Sequence record: PX880101.1
DNA: 64,000 nucleotides
From: a phage
Strand: one strand, 5' to 3'
In this document: piece after piece, positions 1 to 9,771 of the stretch
Layout of the letters: the number at the start of each line of letters is the position of its first letter
Position numbering within the stretch: position 1 is the stretch's first letter
The notes under the pieces: model-generated
The model's input: only the letters and a program-made list of their open reading frames with translations
Databases searched by the model: none
Told to the model about the DNA's origin: nothing
Translations under genes and position numbers: made by a program

Positions 1-1
1 T

Positions 2-1141
2 GTGTGGCAAGGTAAGAAAATTGAGTCCAGCCACACCATCTCTTTACTGATTTCTGAACTGGATTCCTCTGATAACCTACTTCAAGGTGGTGAAGAAGTT
101 TGGATCAGTATGGGCGATAAGCTGCTTAAACCGGGTCATCAAGACTCTGTCTCTGTTAAAATTGATGACAAGTGGGAAACCGTAACGCCAGGATGGATCG
201 TAAATATCCCTTTGAAGGCAAACGAGCATAACGGTAAGACCTACTACAAAGGCTCACTGGCTAAGATGGTTAAGCTGGGTGCAGGAGAGACTCCAGCAGC
301 GACTCAGCAGCAAAAACCGCAACAAGGTGCACAATCACAAGGCCAGAAGCAGAAACCTCAGCAGAATGCCAATCAGGACGTTTTACGCATCTATGGTGAT
401 GTGACTCAGATTGTTGGCAACGTGGTTACTGTTAATGACCACAAGATTGGCGAAGGTGCTATGGTTGTAACTGATGAGCAGCTTAAAGACCTGGTGGTAG
501 GTGGTCGTGTTGCAGCCATTGTTGACAAAGACACCGGAAACATTATCAGTGGTTTCAAAGCCTATCCTCCTAAGGCAGAGAACGGTACTCAAGGCTCTGG
601 TGGCAAGCGTAAATCCTCTTACGACCCTATCGGTGTGGAAACGGGGCATAGCATCAATGCGTTGCAAATCATCCTGGATCGCGGGTTTAAGGTAGACGAC
701 CCACTAGGAGTGGCTAAAACACTACACGTAGTCACTATTGAGCTTAAGAAAGAGTATGCTCAAGCCACCAACCGAACTGAAGATGAAGTAGGTGCCAGTG
801 TCGGTAATGCGGTGTTGAACGCTTGTCGCCGTATTGACAAGAAAACGAAAGTTGATGATTTTGCAGCGGCAATTACTGCAGAAGCAAAAGATGTCTTGAC
901 TAATCTGGCTGAGCCGTTGTACGATTGGATCAAGAACGGTGCTGGGTCAACTGACCATCAAGAACCTCAGGCTGCCAAACAGGAAGCAGCTCCACAGCAA
1001 AACACTGTAGACGCTCCTCCTGTAAATGATGGGGAAGATGACCCGATGGATCAGAATCCAGCACAGTATGACTTCTGTGATGACATACCTTTCGCTCCGG
1101 TAGGTCTGCAATATGGTAAAAGTAGAATCTACGCATTGTAA
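2..1141 (+). CDS. hypothetical protein, probably 5'-truncated at window edge; Gln/Pro-rich linker in middle
   Basis: Long ORF open to the window start; no recognisable catalytic motif. Confidence 0.5.
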   Translation: MWQGKKIESSHTISLLISELDSSDNLLQGGEEVWISMGDKLLKPGHQDSVSVKIDDKWETVTPGWIVNIPLKANEHNGKTYYKGSLAKMVKLGAGETPAATQQQKPQQGAQSQGQKQKPQQNANQDVLRIYGDVTQIVGNVVTVNDHKIGEGAMVVTDEQLKDLVVGGRVAAIVDKDTGNIISGFKAYPPKAENGTQGSGGKRKSSYDPIGVETGHSINALQIILDRGFKVDDPLGVAKTLHVVTIELKKEYAQATNRTEDEVGASVGNAVLNACRRIDKKTKVDDFAAAITAEAKDVLTNLAEPLYDWIKNGAGSTDHQEPQAAKQEAAPQQNTVDAPPVNDGEDDPMDQNPAQYDFCDDIPFAPVGLQYGKSRIYAL

Positions 1142-1736
1142 GAGGTGCATCAAGTGCGGAGAGGTGAAAAACCTCTCCGAGTTCTACAAACATCCAAAGA
1201 TGGCTGACGGTCATCTTAATAAGTGCAAAGAGTGCTGTAAGAAGGCCAGCAGAGAGGCTGACCAGTTTTCCCACGACTCTTCAGAAAAAGGTGTAATACG
1301 CGTGCTGTACAAGGCTCAAAAGTGCAACAGCAAGCAAAGAGGTCACCCTCCTCCGACTTACACCAAAAAAGAGTTTAAGGAGTGGCTATACCTGAACGGT
1401 TACAAAGAGTTGTATGATCAGTGGGTAGCCAGCGGATACGACAAAAGGAAAAAGCCTTCTTGTGACAGGATAGATGATTTCAAAGGGTACTCTTTTGATA
1501 ATATCCGTTTAACAACCTGGGGAGAAAATAAAGACAAGCAGACGGAGGATATTCTGTTGCATAGAAGCACCAGCGGTAGACGGTGTAAAAATGTAAGGAG
1601 GCTGGACATGAATGGCAACGTTCTTAAAGAATGGGTATCCCACAATTCTTGTAGAAGAGAAACCGGAATATGTGTTGATTACTACATTCATGAAAAAATT
1701 CCAGCTCCCGATGGATACCTCTATGAATACTTTTAG
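1113..1736 (+). CDS. Cys-rich (zinc-ribbon-like) basic protein; start codon uncertain
   Basis: N-terminal CxxC...CxxC pattern (CKRCIKCG...CKECC); overlaps end of upstream ORF. Confidence 0.4.
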   Translation: MVKVESTHCKRCIKCGEVKNLSEFYKHPKMADGHLNKCKECCKKASREADQFSHDSSEKGVIRVLYKAQKCNSKQRGHPPPTYTKKEFKEWLYLNGYKELYDQWVASGYDKRKKPSCDRIDDFKGYSFDNIRLTTWGENKDKQTEDILLHRSTSGRRCKNVRRLDMNGNVLKEWVSHNSCRRETGICVDYYIHEKIPAPDGYLYEYF

Positions 1737-1751
1737 CACCTAACTGACATA

Positions 1752-1779
1752 GCCCTGCCCGAAAGGGTGGGGCATTTTT
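1752..1779 (+). terminator. putative intrinsic terminator
   Basis: GC hairpin ccctgccc-gaaa-gggtgggg followed by T-run. Confidence 0.5.
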
Positions 1780-1798
1780 GTATAAGGAGATCTGAAAA

Positions 1799-2215
1799 AT
1801 GACATTAGAAGATATCATTGTTAAACCTGAGAACTATGACCAATACAACCTGTCAACTCAATCTGTAGACCTTGGATGCGCCACGGTCAGTGCGTGGATG
1901 GTTAACGGAAAAGAGCTGGATAAATGCTTAGAAGCTCACATGTCTATTAACAAGTTTCTGGATGAAAATACTCACTGGCTTGAGGGTGCAGGTGTATATG
2001 CTTCATGGTTGGAGAGTATGGGATTCGACTACCAATCTGAAGAGGGGTGGTGGAGCTATTTAGCTATCTGCCCAGAGACGCTGCAATGCTTCATGAAATA
2101 TTCTGAAGATTTGGAGTACCGGGCGGTGGTTGATAGTGCTATTGCCCGTTATAGCCGTAAACCTTTTTCCCACGACATTAAAACTGTGGAAGAATTTGTT
2201 GAAGTTTTCTGTTGA
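1799..2215 (+). CDS. hypothetical protein
   Basis: ORF preceded by aaggaga RBS. Confidence 0.5.
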   Translation: MTLEDIIVKPENYDQYNLSTQSVDLGCATVSAWMVNGKELDKCLEAHMSINKFLDENTHWLEGAGVYASWLESMGFDYQSEEGWWSYLAICPETLQCFMKYSEDLEYRAVVDSAIARYSRKPFSHDIKTVEEFVEVFC

Positions 2216-2311
2216 CACAAGTTGAAAGGTGTGCAATTATAACTTCATAGAACGGGAGGACGTGATGAACGAAGAAAACTGGGATGTATAACTAACAGGA
2301 GGCCACTGCCC

Positions 2312-2509
2312 ATGATTTATCGAATCCGTGTAAGAGAAGATGCACCAGGCTGTTACTTTGACTGGCGTGGGTGGTGGTTTCTCCACCCAATGGATGGACT
2401 CACAGATAGAATGCTGGAGGCTGCCCTTTATACAGATACCGACATAGAATATAATCTTTATCTGAAGGACGGTATAGATAACGGCCTGTTTGAAGCAATT
2501 CCTGTGTAA
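2312..2509 (+). CDS. hypothetical small protein
   Basis: ORF with aggagg RBS upstream. Confidence 0.4.
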   Translation: MIYRIRVREDAPGCYFDWRGWWFLHPMDGLTDRMLEAALYTDTDIEYNLYLKDGIDNGLFEAIPV

Positions 2510-2577
2510 GAGACTATGATAGCCATGTTTTATGATCTTCCTGTAGCACCACCACCTGTTGAACCCGGAGAACTAAG

Positions 2578-3003
2578 ATGATCTATGAAATGCCAAAACT
2601 GATTCGCGACGATGCCCAAAACGCCCACACCTTTATCATGGGCAAGCGCATGGATATTATTTGTCATAAAGACTTCTGGGAAGGGAGTTACTTCACAGAG
2701 TATTTTGGTAAACTGGACAATGGTCTGCTGATCCAGTTCTACACCGATGCGGAAAACAACATTCACTGGGAGTTCGAAACTGAAGATATCCATAAACTTT
2801 TCACCTTCCTCGGTATTAAGGTTGAGGCCAAGTTTGAAGAAGGTGAGTGCGACGATTGTGGATTCTATGAGGTAACAGATTTCTACCTTCCAAGTGGTAA
2901 AAATCTCTACTACGAAAGCCACTTCGGCAACTCAAATATGCCACAGTGTTGGGATGAGTTTTTGGAAATTGCAGAAGAGGAGCTGGAATACCGTGATTAT
3001 TGA
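2578..3003 (+). CDS. hypothetical acidic protein
   Basis: ORF; no motif recognised. Confidence 0.5.
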   Translation: MIYEMPKLIRDDAQNAHTFIMGKRMDIICHKDFWEGSYFTEYFGKLDNGLLIQFYTDAENNIHWEFETEDIHKLFTFLGIKVEAKFEEGECDDCGFYEVTDFYLPSGKNLYYESHFGNSNMPQCWDEFLEIAEEELEYRDY

Positions 3004-3451
3004 TACTGTAGAGGGAGATCTAATCTCCCTTTTCAAGAAAGGGGCAGGACACATGATCCACGGTTGCAACTGCTTTCACACAATGGGTGCAGGCATAGCG
3101 AAAGATATTGCCCGTGAGTTCCCTCAAGCATTGGCAGCAGACAAAGAGACTGCTTATGGTAATCTAGACAAGCTGGGTATGTTTTCTTGTTGGGAGCATT
3201 TTGCCAAGAACAAGGTTGTATATGGAATCAACCTATATACTCAGTTCTACCCAGGACCTAATGCTGAATACTTCTCAATCATGAAAGGCTTTGAGCGAGT
3301 CAACGAGGTATTCAAAGGTATGTCATTACCGTTCTACATTCCTAAAATCGGATGCGGTATTGGTGGTCTAAAGTGGGAACACGTGGAAGACGTCATTAAT
3401 CTTGCCACCACCGACATCGATGTGATCGTGGTGGAGTACAAAAAGTGTTGA
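2993..3451 (+). CDS. macro domain (ADP-ribose binding / processing) protein; proposed GTG start overlapping upstream stop
   Basis: N-terminal GDL...HGCNCFHTMGAGIAKDI resembles the macro-domain signature (GDIT...NAAN...GGGV..AI) from memory; GIGGL near C-terminus. Confidence 0.5.
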   Translation: MIIDTVEGDLISLFKKGAGHMIHGCNCFHTMGAGIAKDIAREFPQALAADKETAYGNLDKLGMFSCWEHFAKNKVVYGINLYTQFYPGPNAEYFSIMKGFERVNEVFKGMSLPFYIPKIGCGIGGLKWEHVEDVINLATTDIDVIVVEYKKC

Positions 3452-3702
3452 CGACCATCTTCTGAGGTGATATAGTTTCCACAACAACTAAGAGAGGAGA
3501 GCACTGTGGAGACTAAAATCTTAATTCTTGCTGTGGTAGATACAACCGAAGGAGCTATATTCGAATCTGCAGGAGGGTATTTCTACCTACCATACGGAAA
3601 AAGAACTTCCGAGCCAAGTAAAGATTCAATCCTCAAAGTGTTCCCGTGTGCTTTCTGGCTGGAGATTTTGGTATAAGATTGCAGAGGATTTTGGAGAGAA
3701 TT

Positions 3703-3897
3703 ATGAGAAACAAGAAAGAGCTTTACTCTGGCGAGTGGATTAACGATCAACAGATCGGAGAGGTAACCTGCTTCCGATGTTTTACCAGGTACAATATTAA
3801 AACTGCACCAAAAAGTGTTCCAAAGACTGACGGTTATTACATAAAAGAACCTCATTGCCCAAAATGTAAATGCCGATTGTACTGGAGCAATCTGTAA
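3703..3897 (+). CDS. small zinc-ribbon protein
   Basis: CFRC...CPKC pairs; ATG with ggagag RBS; the ORF-track start further upstream lacks an RBS. Confidence 0.4.
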   Translation: MRNKKELYSGEWINDQQIGEVTCFRCFTRYNIKTAPKSVPKTDGYYIKEPHCPKCKCRLYWSNL

Positions 3898-3901
3898 GAG
3901 G

Positions 3902-3929
3902 TTGACATCTGAAAACTGCAGTGTATAAT
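3902..3929 (+). promoter_or_regulatory. sigma70-like promoter (TTGACA-N16-TATAAT)
   Basis: Consensus -35 and -10 hexamers upstream of ORF 3961. Confidence 0.55.
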
Positions 3930-3960
3930 ATACGCATAAACTAACAGAGAGTGATGTATT

Positions 3961-4152
3961 ATGGTAATTTTTAACCGGGATGGTATCATAGTTAGACAGC
4001 ACCCGTTCCTTGAATACTATCAAATTGAGCAATGGTGCTACGGGGATTGCAGTCACTCCTATGGGCAAAGTTGGGGATATCGCACAGTTTTTGAATCAAC
4101 AGACCTTGACAAAGTAAGACAGAAAGTTTTAGAACTTATTAACAACAAGTGA
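3961..4152 (+). CDS. hypothetical small protein
   Basis: ORF downstream of consensus promoter. Confidence 0.4.
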   Translation: MVIFNRDGIIVRQHPFLEYYQIEQWCYGDCSHSYGQSWGYRTVFESTDLDKVRQKVLELINNK

Positions 4153-4161
4153 GTATGATAT

Positions 4162-4494
4162 ATGGTAACATTAGAAAGACGTAAAGCTATCGCCGCCACA
4201 CTGGCAGACATCTTTTGGGATTGCAACTTAAAAGATACCAGAAATTGTGGCGCATCTGTAGATGTATTATTCCCACGGCCCACCATTGTTGCAATGGGAA
4301 ACCTGTTAAACGTAGTGTACGGAGCATGGGACAAAGAAGGTGGATTCTATATCTGGCAACCTGACTACAGAGCCTGGAAAGAGGTAAGGGGTGCGGTTGA
4401 CTTTGGGCCTGCAAGTGCTAAGATGGATGGCTGGGAAATTTATGTTGGAAACGACATGAAGCTGAAAGGCGAGATTGTTTACTGGTTACCTTAA
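4162..4494 (+). CDS. hypothetical protein
   Basis: ORF. Confidence 0.45.
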   Translation: MVTLERRKAIAATLADIFWDCNLKDTRNCGASVDVLFPRPTIVAMGNLLNVVYGAWDKEGGFYIWQPDYRAWKEVRGAVDFGPASAKMDGWEIYVGNDMKLKGEIVYWLP

Positions 4495-4514
4495 GAAAGT
4501 GCAGGAGATAAAGT

Positions 4515-4760
4515 ATGAACAAAGGGTGGACATTTGTAGACGGAGTTAAAAACATGCCTCTAGGAAAGTATATCGTAGCCATGGCTGATGAGGATGGCAA
4601 TGTAGATTTCGGAGCTTGCGAGGTTGTTCTTGCAGGATCTGGTAACTATGTGAGTAAAACCGGGATAATTAACGGTCAGTTCTACTTTGATCACAACCCT
4701 GTTGTAGCGTATATGGCTATGCCAGAGTTCAAGTTCCCAAAGGAGGGTGCAGATGTTTAA
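4515..4760 (+). CDS. hypothetical protein
   Basis: ORF with ggagat RBS. Confidence 0.45.
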   Translation: MNKGWTFVDGVKNMPLGKYIVAMADEDGNVDFGACEVVLAGSGNYVSKTGIINGQFYFDHNPVVAYMAMPEFKFPKEGADV

Positions 4761-4950
4761 GCTTAAATCTGCATGGAACATCGCTGTGGGGGACGAGATC
4801 CGTATCCCAGGTGGAAAGACCATTATGAAGATATCTCGTATTGAGTACGAAGGTGACCGTGTATTCCACATCTTCGCAGAAGATGGTCGAGAAATTTATA
4901 TACAGGCAGGTTCTCACATTTATATCCGTAAGAAAGGGGACGACAAATGA
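4747..4950 (+). CDS. hypothetical protein
   Basis: ORF overlapping neighbours, consistent with translational coupling. Confidence 0.4.
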   Translation: MQMFKLKSAWNIAVGDEIRIPGGKTIMKISRIEYEGDRVFHIFAEDGREIYIQAGSHIYIRKKGDDK

Positions 4951-5276
4951 CAGAGATCATCATTTCAACTGCAGGGTATGTGTTCCTGACAATCATTGCA
5001 CTGACTATTTTGGTGACAGTGTATGGGTTTGTTATCCTTCCTATCCTTGAGACATTTAGTTTGTGTCGGTGTTGGAGAAAAGCTTACGGTCCACAACCAT
5101 GGAAGGACTGGCCCCACCTGGTGCGCTTAGCGTTCTCTTATGCTTACGATCACTCCAGTAGTGCATGCATAACCGGATACCACGCCCACAACTGGAGCTG
5201 GGAAGGATTGAGGAAATGGAATGTTACAAAGACCATACCTCTACGCATGTACAAACCTAAAAACAAAGACAGCTGA
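4947..5276 (+). CDS. putative membrane protein
   Basis: N-terminal hydrophobic stretch AGYVFLTIIALTILVTVYGFVILPIL. Confidence 0.4.
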   Translation: MTEIIISTAGYVFLTIIALTILVTVYGFVILPILETFSLCRCWRKAYGPQPWKDWPHLVRLAFSYAYDHSSSACITGYHAHNWSWEGLRKWNVTKTIPLRMYKPKNKDS

Positions 5277-5289
5277 TACTTGAAAATTC

Positions 5290-5790
5290 CTGGCATATCA
5301 AGTGTAAGGGGGATTTCTAAAATGGATTTCCTCCTTTTGATATTTCACCGGGCTGGATATTTTAAAATTCTTAGAAAATCAGAAAATGGATCGAAAACTA
5401 AAATGGATTTTTCAGAGTAGGCGCGACAAGCTGAATAACTCATCCTATCGTTTGCACCATATTCCAGGCCACCATTATAGATTTCCCACACATGCTAACC
5501 TCCCTCTACTAGAACTTCCTCCACTTGCCCTTAACCTTCTATGGTAACAATCTAACCACTATCTTGAAGTTGCGGTGCAGCTTTCCAAGTACTCGATCTA
5601 CTTTTCATTTCATGGCTTGGATTTTCTGAAAATTTTTCTCGATAAATTTCTCAGTACTCGATCTGTTTTTCGTTTTCTGAATCGGATTTTCTGGAAATCG
5701 TTCCGGATCTCGACCTGAAATTTTTGGGGACGAAATCGATTTTTCGTTTTCAGAAATGGATTTTTAAAATTTCTATATGGGAATATTTTA
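5290..5790. repeat. AT-rich iteron-like region (repeated aaaatggattt, ggattttctg, agtactcgatct, tttcgttttc units)
   Basis: Several short motifs each occur 2-4 times in direct orientation in an ORF-free stretch. Confidence 0.6.
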
Positions 5791-5879
5791 TGGGATACTG
5801 TTTTATAGGAAATTGTTACGGAGGGTAATTAGCATGCTAATTAAATTTATTAAATGCGAGGAGTTCTCATTTAGAATTT

Positions 5880-6100
5880 TGAATGATAATCATTCTCGTT
5901 TGCAGAATAACGGGCAGGCCCGGTGATTGTCTCCCGGCCCCTGTTGCCCCGGCTTGTTATTATAGTATCACACAGGACAAAGAAAGCAAGGATTTTTTGC
6001 ATAAATTTTTAAATGATAATGATAACCGTTCTCATTTTATGCAGCGCCCATCCCCGGTGGTTGTCTCCCCCGTCACCGGTGCCTGCCGTCCTTTCGATAG
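5880..6100. repeat. two tandem ~75 bp units sharing core GGTG(A/G)TTGTCTCCC
   Basis: Units beginning aatgataat...gcag...ccggtgattgtctccc occur twice in tandem; the ORF-track reading frame here is probably spurious. Confidence 0.6.
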
Positions 6101-6293
6101 GTATATTTTGCCACCTGGCGGGGCCGCTGTCAACACTTTTCAAAAAAAAATTTCTAACCTGATGCGCTGACCGCTGCAACCTGGCGGGGCCAGCCTGGCA
6201 GGGCCTAACTGACCAGGTAGGAGATAATGAAGGCTTGCAAACCTGGTGGGCCTATGCTATAGGATAGGTAACAATTGAAGAGGAGGTACAAAA

Positions 6294-6470
6294 ATGGAAG
6301 GTAATATGATCCCCCTGGAAAATGTAGCTATTAATGACACTGAGGCTATCGCCCTGGTTGAAAAGGCTATGGCGGGAGCGTTGGAACATAAAGAAGAGTA
6401 CGAAAAAATGATGGTTAACCTGGCAGGGGCGGCGGCTGGAGAATTCTACCCAAAAAATAATTTTAACTAA
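6294..6470 (+). CDS. hypothetical small protein (58 aa, below ORF-track cutoff)
   Basis: ATG 8 nt after gaggagg RBS; hand-translated MEGNMIPLENVAIN... to TAA at 6468. Confidence 0.4.
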   Translation: MEGNMIPLENVAINDTEAIALVEKAMAGALEHKEEYEKMMVNLAGAAAGEFYPKNNFN

Positions 6471-6555
6471 TGGTTGACAGCTCGGACAGTTCTTGTTATT
6501 CTTATCCTCGCAAGGTGAACAACACCACACCAATTAACAGAGAGGATAAAAAATC

Positions 6556-6753
6556 ATGAACGCCTACGGAATTAAAGTACGTCGCAACACTCGCCAGGTG
6601 GTCACCAATCAAGTGATTTGCCGGGTGGATGTAACCATCAACAACGGGCAAGGCCTTTATAAATTTCGTCGCGGTCATAGCTATACCCTGCAGCAGCTTA
6701 ACCGTTGCGCCCTGACAAAAGGTCAGATCAACCACTGGTTTAATAAAAAATAA
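6556..6753 (+). CDS. hypothetical small basic protein
   Basis: ORF with agagagg RBS. Confidence 0.5.
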   Translation: MNAYGIKVRRNTRQVVTNQVICRVDVTINNGQGLYKFRRGHSYTLQQLNRCALTKGQINHWFNKK

Positions 6754-6817
6754 ATATTGACACGTAGTCTGACACAAAATATACTTAAATCACAAAAGAC
6801 ACTAAGAGGATAAAATC

Positions 6818-7216
6818 ATGAAAACTACAACCTTTAATTTTGACAATGCCGACTTCTCTTTTTCTGATGTTAAGAATTGCCGCCGTGATCGTGGATTTTA
6901 CAAGGCTTATAATCTGGTTGGCCTAGACGATGATAATAATTTGCACGAAGTAGCGGAGATCCGGTACTATGCCGCCGCCAGCGGTAACACTAACTACTGC
7001 GTTTTTTGGATACACGACAACAAGAATAATAAGTACGGTTATACTGGTGGCAAGGCGAGCGGTCACGGTTATGATAAGGCCAATGCAGCACTTGAGAGCG
7101 CGTTAAATGCTATGGGGATCACTGCCAACGGCTGGATCTATGAAGATGAGTTTTTGTCAGCACTTGCTGCCCACCTGGGGTATAAAAAGCACATTGTGAC
7201 ATGCGCCCACGAATAA
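6818..7216 (+). CDS. hypothetical protein
   Basis: ORF with TTGACA-N17-TATACT promoter and aagagga RBS upstream. Confidence 0.55.
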   Translation: MKTTTFNFDNADFSFSDVKNCRRDRGFYKAYNLVGLDDDNNLHEVAEIRYYAAASGNTNYCVFWIHDNKNNKYGYTGGKASGHGYDKANAALESALNAMGITANGWIYEDEFLSALAAHLGYKKHIVTCAHE

Positions 7217-7226
7217 AAAAAAATTA

Positions 7227-7254
7227 TTGACACGCTGCAAAATTAAAGTAAACT
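7227..7254 (+). promoter_or_regulatory. sigma70-like promoter (TTGACA-N16-TAAACT)
   Basis: Hexamers read directly; followed by leader hairpin and RBS of ORF 7304. Confidence 0.55.
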
Positions 7255-7264
7255 AGACACAAAA

Positions 7265-7283
7265 GGCGGGAATGTTTCCCGCC
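7265..7283 (+). promoter_or_regulatory. 5' leader hairpin GGCGGGAA-tgt-TTCCCGCC (member of a recurring leader-hairpin family)
   Basis: Perfect 8 bp inverted repeat between promoter -10 and RBS. Confidence 0.5.
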
Positions 7284-7303
7284 AACACAAAGGAAAAAAG
7301 ATC

Positions 7304-7699
7304 ATGAATAAGAACGTACGCCGCATCATGAACGAACTGGCAAACGATGAAAAAATTATTGATATGCATTTGGTAAACATTTGCCGCCGTTGTGTAACAT
7401 ATAACAACCGCGCCGCAAAAGCGCGTGAGATGAACGCAAAAGGCACCTTAAAGCCCTTTCAGGTGGTTGTAAAATCTATAACCAGTGCAGCAGACCAGGC
7501 GCATGACCACAACAACGGGAGCACTAATATTGATCCGTCTTACGTAATGAAACGGATCCGGACTTGCAAGAATAAAGAGCAGGTGTATAACGTCATAGAT
7601 TGGTTGGACTCCCTGGGCGATGTGGTTTATAATAGGTTTTCTGCAGCTATCGAGATCCAGCTTGACAGACTGGACGGGAAAGTACTGAAAACTTACTAA
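7304..7699 (+). CDS. hypothetical protein
   Basis: ORF with promoter, leader hairpin and RBS. Confidence 0.55.
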   Translation: MNKNVRRIMNELANDEKIIDMHLVNICRRCVTYNNRAAKAREMNAKGTLKPFQVVVKSITSAADQAHDHNNGSTNIDPSYVMKRIRTCKNKEQVYNVIDWLDSLGDVVYNRFSAAIEIQLDRLDGKVLKTY

Positions 7700-7710
7700 G
7701 TTTATTTTTA

Positions 7711-7734
7711 GATGGCCTTGACGCCAGGGCCATC
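7711..7734 (+). promoter_or_regulatory. 24 bp palindrome GATGGCCTTGACGCCAGGGCCATC overlapping a -35 TTGAC (operator-like), copy 1
   Basis: 10 bp arms (9/10 match) around a 4 bp centre; near-identical 45 bp element repeated at 8330 and 12068. Confidence 0.5.
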
Positions 7735-7778
7735 AATAAAGTAAACTAATCCCAGTTAAGCTAAAAGGAGGCTTGAAG

Positions 7779-7898
7779 ATGAGCACTACACGCCAGCACA
7801 CAAAGGTAACTATTATCGTTTGCATCATTGGTTATATCCTGGCGCAAATGTTGATGGGTAGCGCCAACGGTGTCGCAAAATTTTTCTTAAACTTTTAA
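7779..7898 (+). CDS. small hydrophobic protein (39 aa)
   Basis: Strong aaaaggagg RBS; hand translation MSTTRQHTKVTIIVCIIGYILAQML... Confidence 0.35.
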   Translation: MSTTRQHTKVTIIVCIIGYILAQMLMGSANGVAKFFLNF

Positions 7899-7926
7899 TT
7901 GACAAGCTAACTTAGATCGGTATACT
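7899..7926 (+). promoter_or_regulatory. sigma70-like promoter (TTGACA-N16-TATACT)
   Basis: Consensus hexamers; followed by hairpin gggaa-aac-ttccc and RBS. Confidence 0.6.
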
Positions 7927-7976
7927 AAACACATCAACGGGAAAACTTCCCAGAACACACAAAAGGAGAAAACACC

Positions 7977-8318
7977 ATGACCACTATGACCGCCGCAGAA
8001 AAAGCTATTCAGATCGCTGCCCTGAAAAAACAGATCGCAGACCTTGAGAATAAGATCGATAACTTTGAAATCGACGAGGACAAGTACGACGAAAACTATG
8101 ATGAATGGTTAGACGAGATCTACGGCGAAATTATGATCGGAAACATTTCTTTTCTTCCGTCGCGTATCCTCAAGGAGCTAGATCCTATCGCTTACCGCTG
8201 CGGATTTAGCGACTACATCGACAGCCTGGATATTGAGGACGATGAAGAATACCAGGAATTACAGACAGAGTTGGAAGAAGCAAAAGAAGAGCTTGCGGAG
8301 CTGGAAGAAAACGAGTAA
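7977..8318 (+). CDS. hypothetical acidic coiled-coil protein
   Basis: ORF with aaaaggag RBS; Glu/Asp-rich. Confidence 0.55.
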   Translation: MTTMTAAEKAIQIAALKKQIADLENKIDNFEIDEDKYDENYDEWLDEIYGEIMIGNISFLPSRILKELDPIAYRCGFSDYIDSLDIEDDEEYQELQTELEEAKEELAELEENE

Positions 8319-8329
8319 GATTATTTTTA

Positions 8330-8353
8330 GATGGCCTTGACTCCAGGGCCATC
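8330..8353 (+). promoter_or_regulatory. 24 bp palindrome GATGGCCTTGACTCCAGGGCCATC, copy 2
   Basis: Same element as 7711, including the flanking ttatttttag...aataaagtaaact. Confidence 0.5.
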
Positions 8354-8407
8354 AATAAAGTAAACTTTATACTGTTAACACTGAACTAATGCATAGGAGT
8401 TAAAACC

Positions 8408-8653
8408 ATGGCAGCACTAATCACTAAATATTACGCCCCTACCAACACCAAAAGCGCCCGTATCATGGTAAAAGGCTTCGGACGTAAAAAGGTTTACACC
8501 TGGGATTATGCCTTAGACACGGAAGACAACTACACCAACGCGATGACAGATTTTATTAATGAGCTGAACACGCGGATCTTGACAAATTATAAAATTACCG
8601 ATATTGCCTATATAGGGGAAGGCGGGATCTGTTTTGTCGGTATCGTCAAATAA
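8408..8653 (+). CDS. hypothetical protein
   Basis: ORF with taggag RBS. Confidence 0.5.
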   Translation: MAALITKYYAPTNTKSARIMVKGFGRKKVYTWDYALDTEDNYTNAMTDFINELNTRILTNYKITDIAYIGEGGICFVGIVK

Positions 8654-8666
8654 ACTGTTTTTTCGG

Positions 8667-8688
8667 TGGTCCTGGTAGCAGGGCCATC
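8667..8688 (+). promoter_or_regulatory. divergent palindrome TGGTCCTGgtagCAGGGCCA, related to the GATGGCC element
   Basis: 8 bp inverted repeat, same position relative to the downstream gene. Confidence 0.4.
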
Positions 8689-8729
8689 TATAAAGATAGT
8701 TTATCAATACAATGAAAGGAGAAAGTAAC

Positions 8730-9083
8730 ATGATCAGTGGGGCAAGTTTTATTATTGGCGCTATTGCTACGGCTTTAATTGTAAACAAGATCCAATCTAA
8801 AAACGAAAAAGAGAGCAACGCGCTCACAGAATACCCATTTTGGATATTCAACGACAATGAAGACTACATTATCAAGTACAAGAATGAGAAGGGCGACCAG
8901 GTAACACCGCGACCGATCCCGGCCTACAAGATGCAAGAAACACTATACCGCCTAAAGGCTGGAGGCGCAAAAATCGTAGACTTTTGGGGATATGATTGCA
9001 AGGATCAGGAGGTTATAAAACGGCGTATCCGGGCTATTCAGGCCAATATTGAAGTTAGCAAGGGGGGAATATATGAAGATTAA
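8730..9083 (+). CDS. putative membrane protein
   Basis: ATG after aaaggag RBS; N-terminal hydrophobic segment ISGASFIIGAIATALIV; the earlier ORF-track ATG lies inside the RBS. Confidence 0.5.
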   Translation: MISGASFIIGAIATALIVNKIQSKNEKESNALTEYPFWIFNDNEDYIIKYKNEKGDQVTPRPIPAYKMQETLYRLKAGGAKIVDFWGYDCKDQEVIKRRIRAIQANIEVSKGGIYED

Positions 9084-9270
9084 TTTTGAGAAGATTGTAA
9101 AGCGATCTCATGATTCCGAAGAGCTGCCGGAACGCCGCCAGCGTAACAATAAACTGAATAAGCCAAAAAGATTTGGGAAGATCTGGCGGAATCATTATGA
9201 TCGTAAATTGCCGGGCCTCCTTTTGGAACGTGAACGGCAGGCGGAACGATACCGCCACAAAGGCAACTAA
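9073..9270 (+). CDS. small basic protein
   Basis: Internal ATG with aagggggg RBS; Arg/Lys-rich. Confidence 0.4.
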   Translation: MKINFEKIVKRSHDSEELPERRQRNNKLNKPKRFGKIWRNHYDRKLPGLLLERERQAERYRHKGN

Positions 9271-9277
9271 CAACCAA

Positions 9278-9307
9278 CGCCCCGCCATCGTGCGGGGCTT
9301 TTTATTT
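9278..9307 (+). terminator. intrinsic terminator
   Basis: Hairpin gccccgc-catcg-tgcgggg followed by ctttttatttc. Confidence 0.6.
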
Positions 9308-9510
9308 CTACCCTACGAATAGCGCCCCTGGTTGGCCCTGTAAGCGCCAAAAAGGCCCCACCTATGCAATCGCCCCCTTTAACCTGAAAACATCGCTTAG
9401 GGCCGTTTTATGGCGTTAAAAATATCATTGACAGTGATTTTATTTAAAGCTTGACATCTTAAACAGGTTAGCTATACTAACCACATCAAAGAGAGAAAGG
9501 AGTAAACGCC

Positions 9511-9771
9511 ATGCGTAAATTAAAAAATTTTGATAAAGTTGATGTTGTCCTGAATAATTTTTACTACTGCAACAACAAGGCCATTTGGTGGCGTGATAGT
9601 TCCACCGATAAAGTCAAGGCGCGCTTTCTCCAGGGGCACTGGCAAGGCCGCCCAGTGATTAAAATCATGGGGCAATTGGTAGCGTTTAAAAATTGCCGCC
9701 GTGTTGATGACGTTGAGGAGATTTTAAACATTTTGCGCCACAATAATTTAAAAAATAGTGTTGACAAGTAA
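9511..9771 (+). CDS. hypothetical protein
   Basis: ORF with TTGACA-N16-TATACT promoter and aaaggag RBS. Confidence 0.5.
   Translation: MRKLKNFDKVDVVLNNFYYCNNKAIWWRDSSTDKVKARFLQGHWQGRPVIKIMGQLVAFKNCRRVDDVEEILNILRHNNLKNSVDK

Noticed and set aside
5883-6170. 95 aa plus-strand ORF
   Set aside because: Lies entirely within tandem repeat units and GC-rich palindromes, with no RBS; the apparent conservation (TGRPGDCLP) reflects the repeated DNA element rather than protein.
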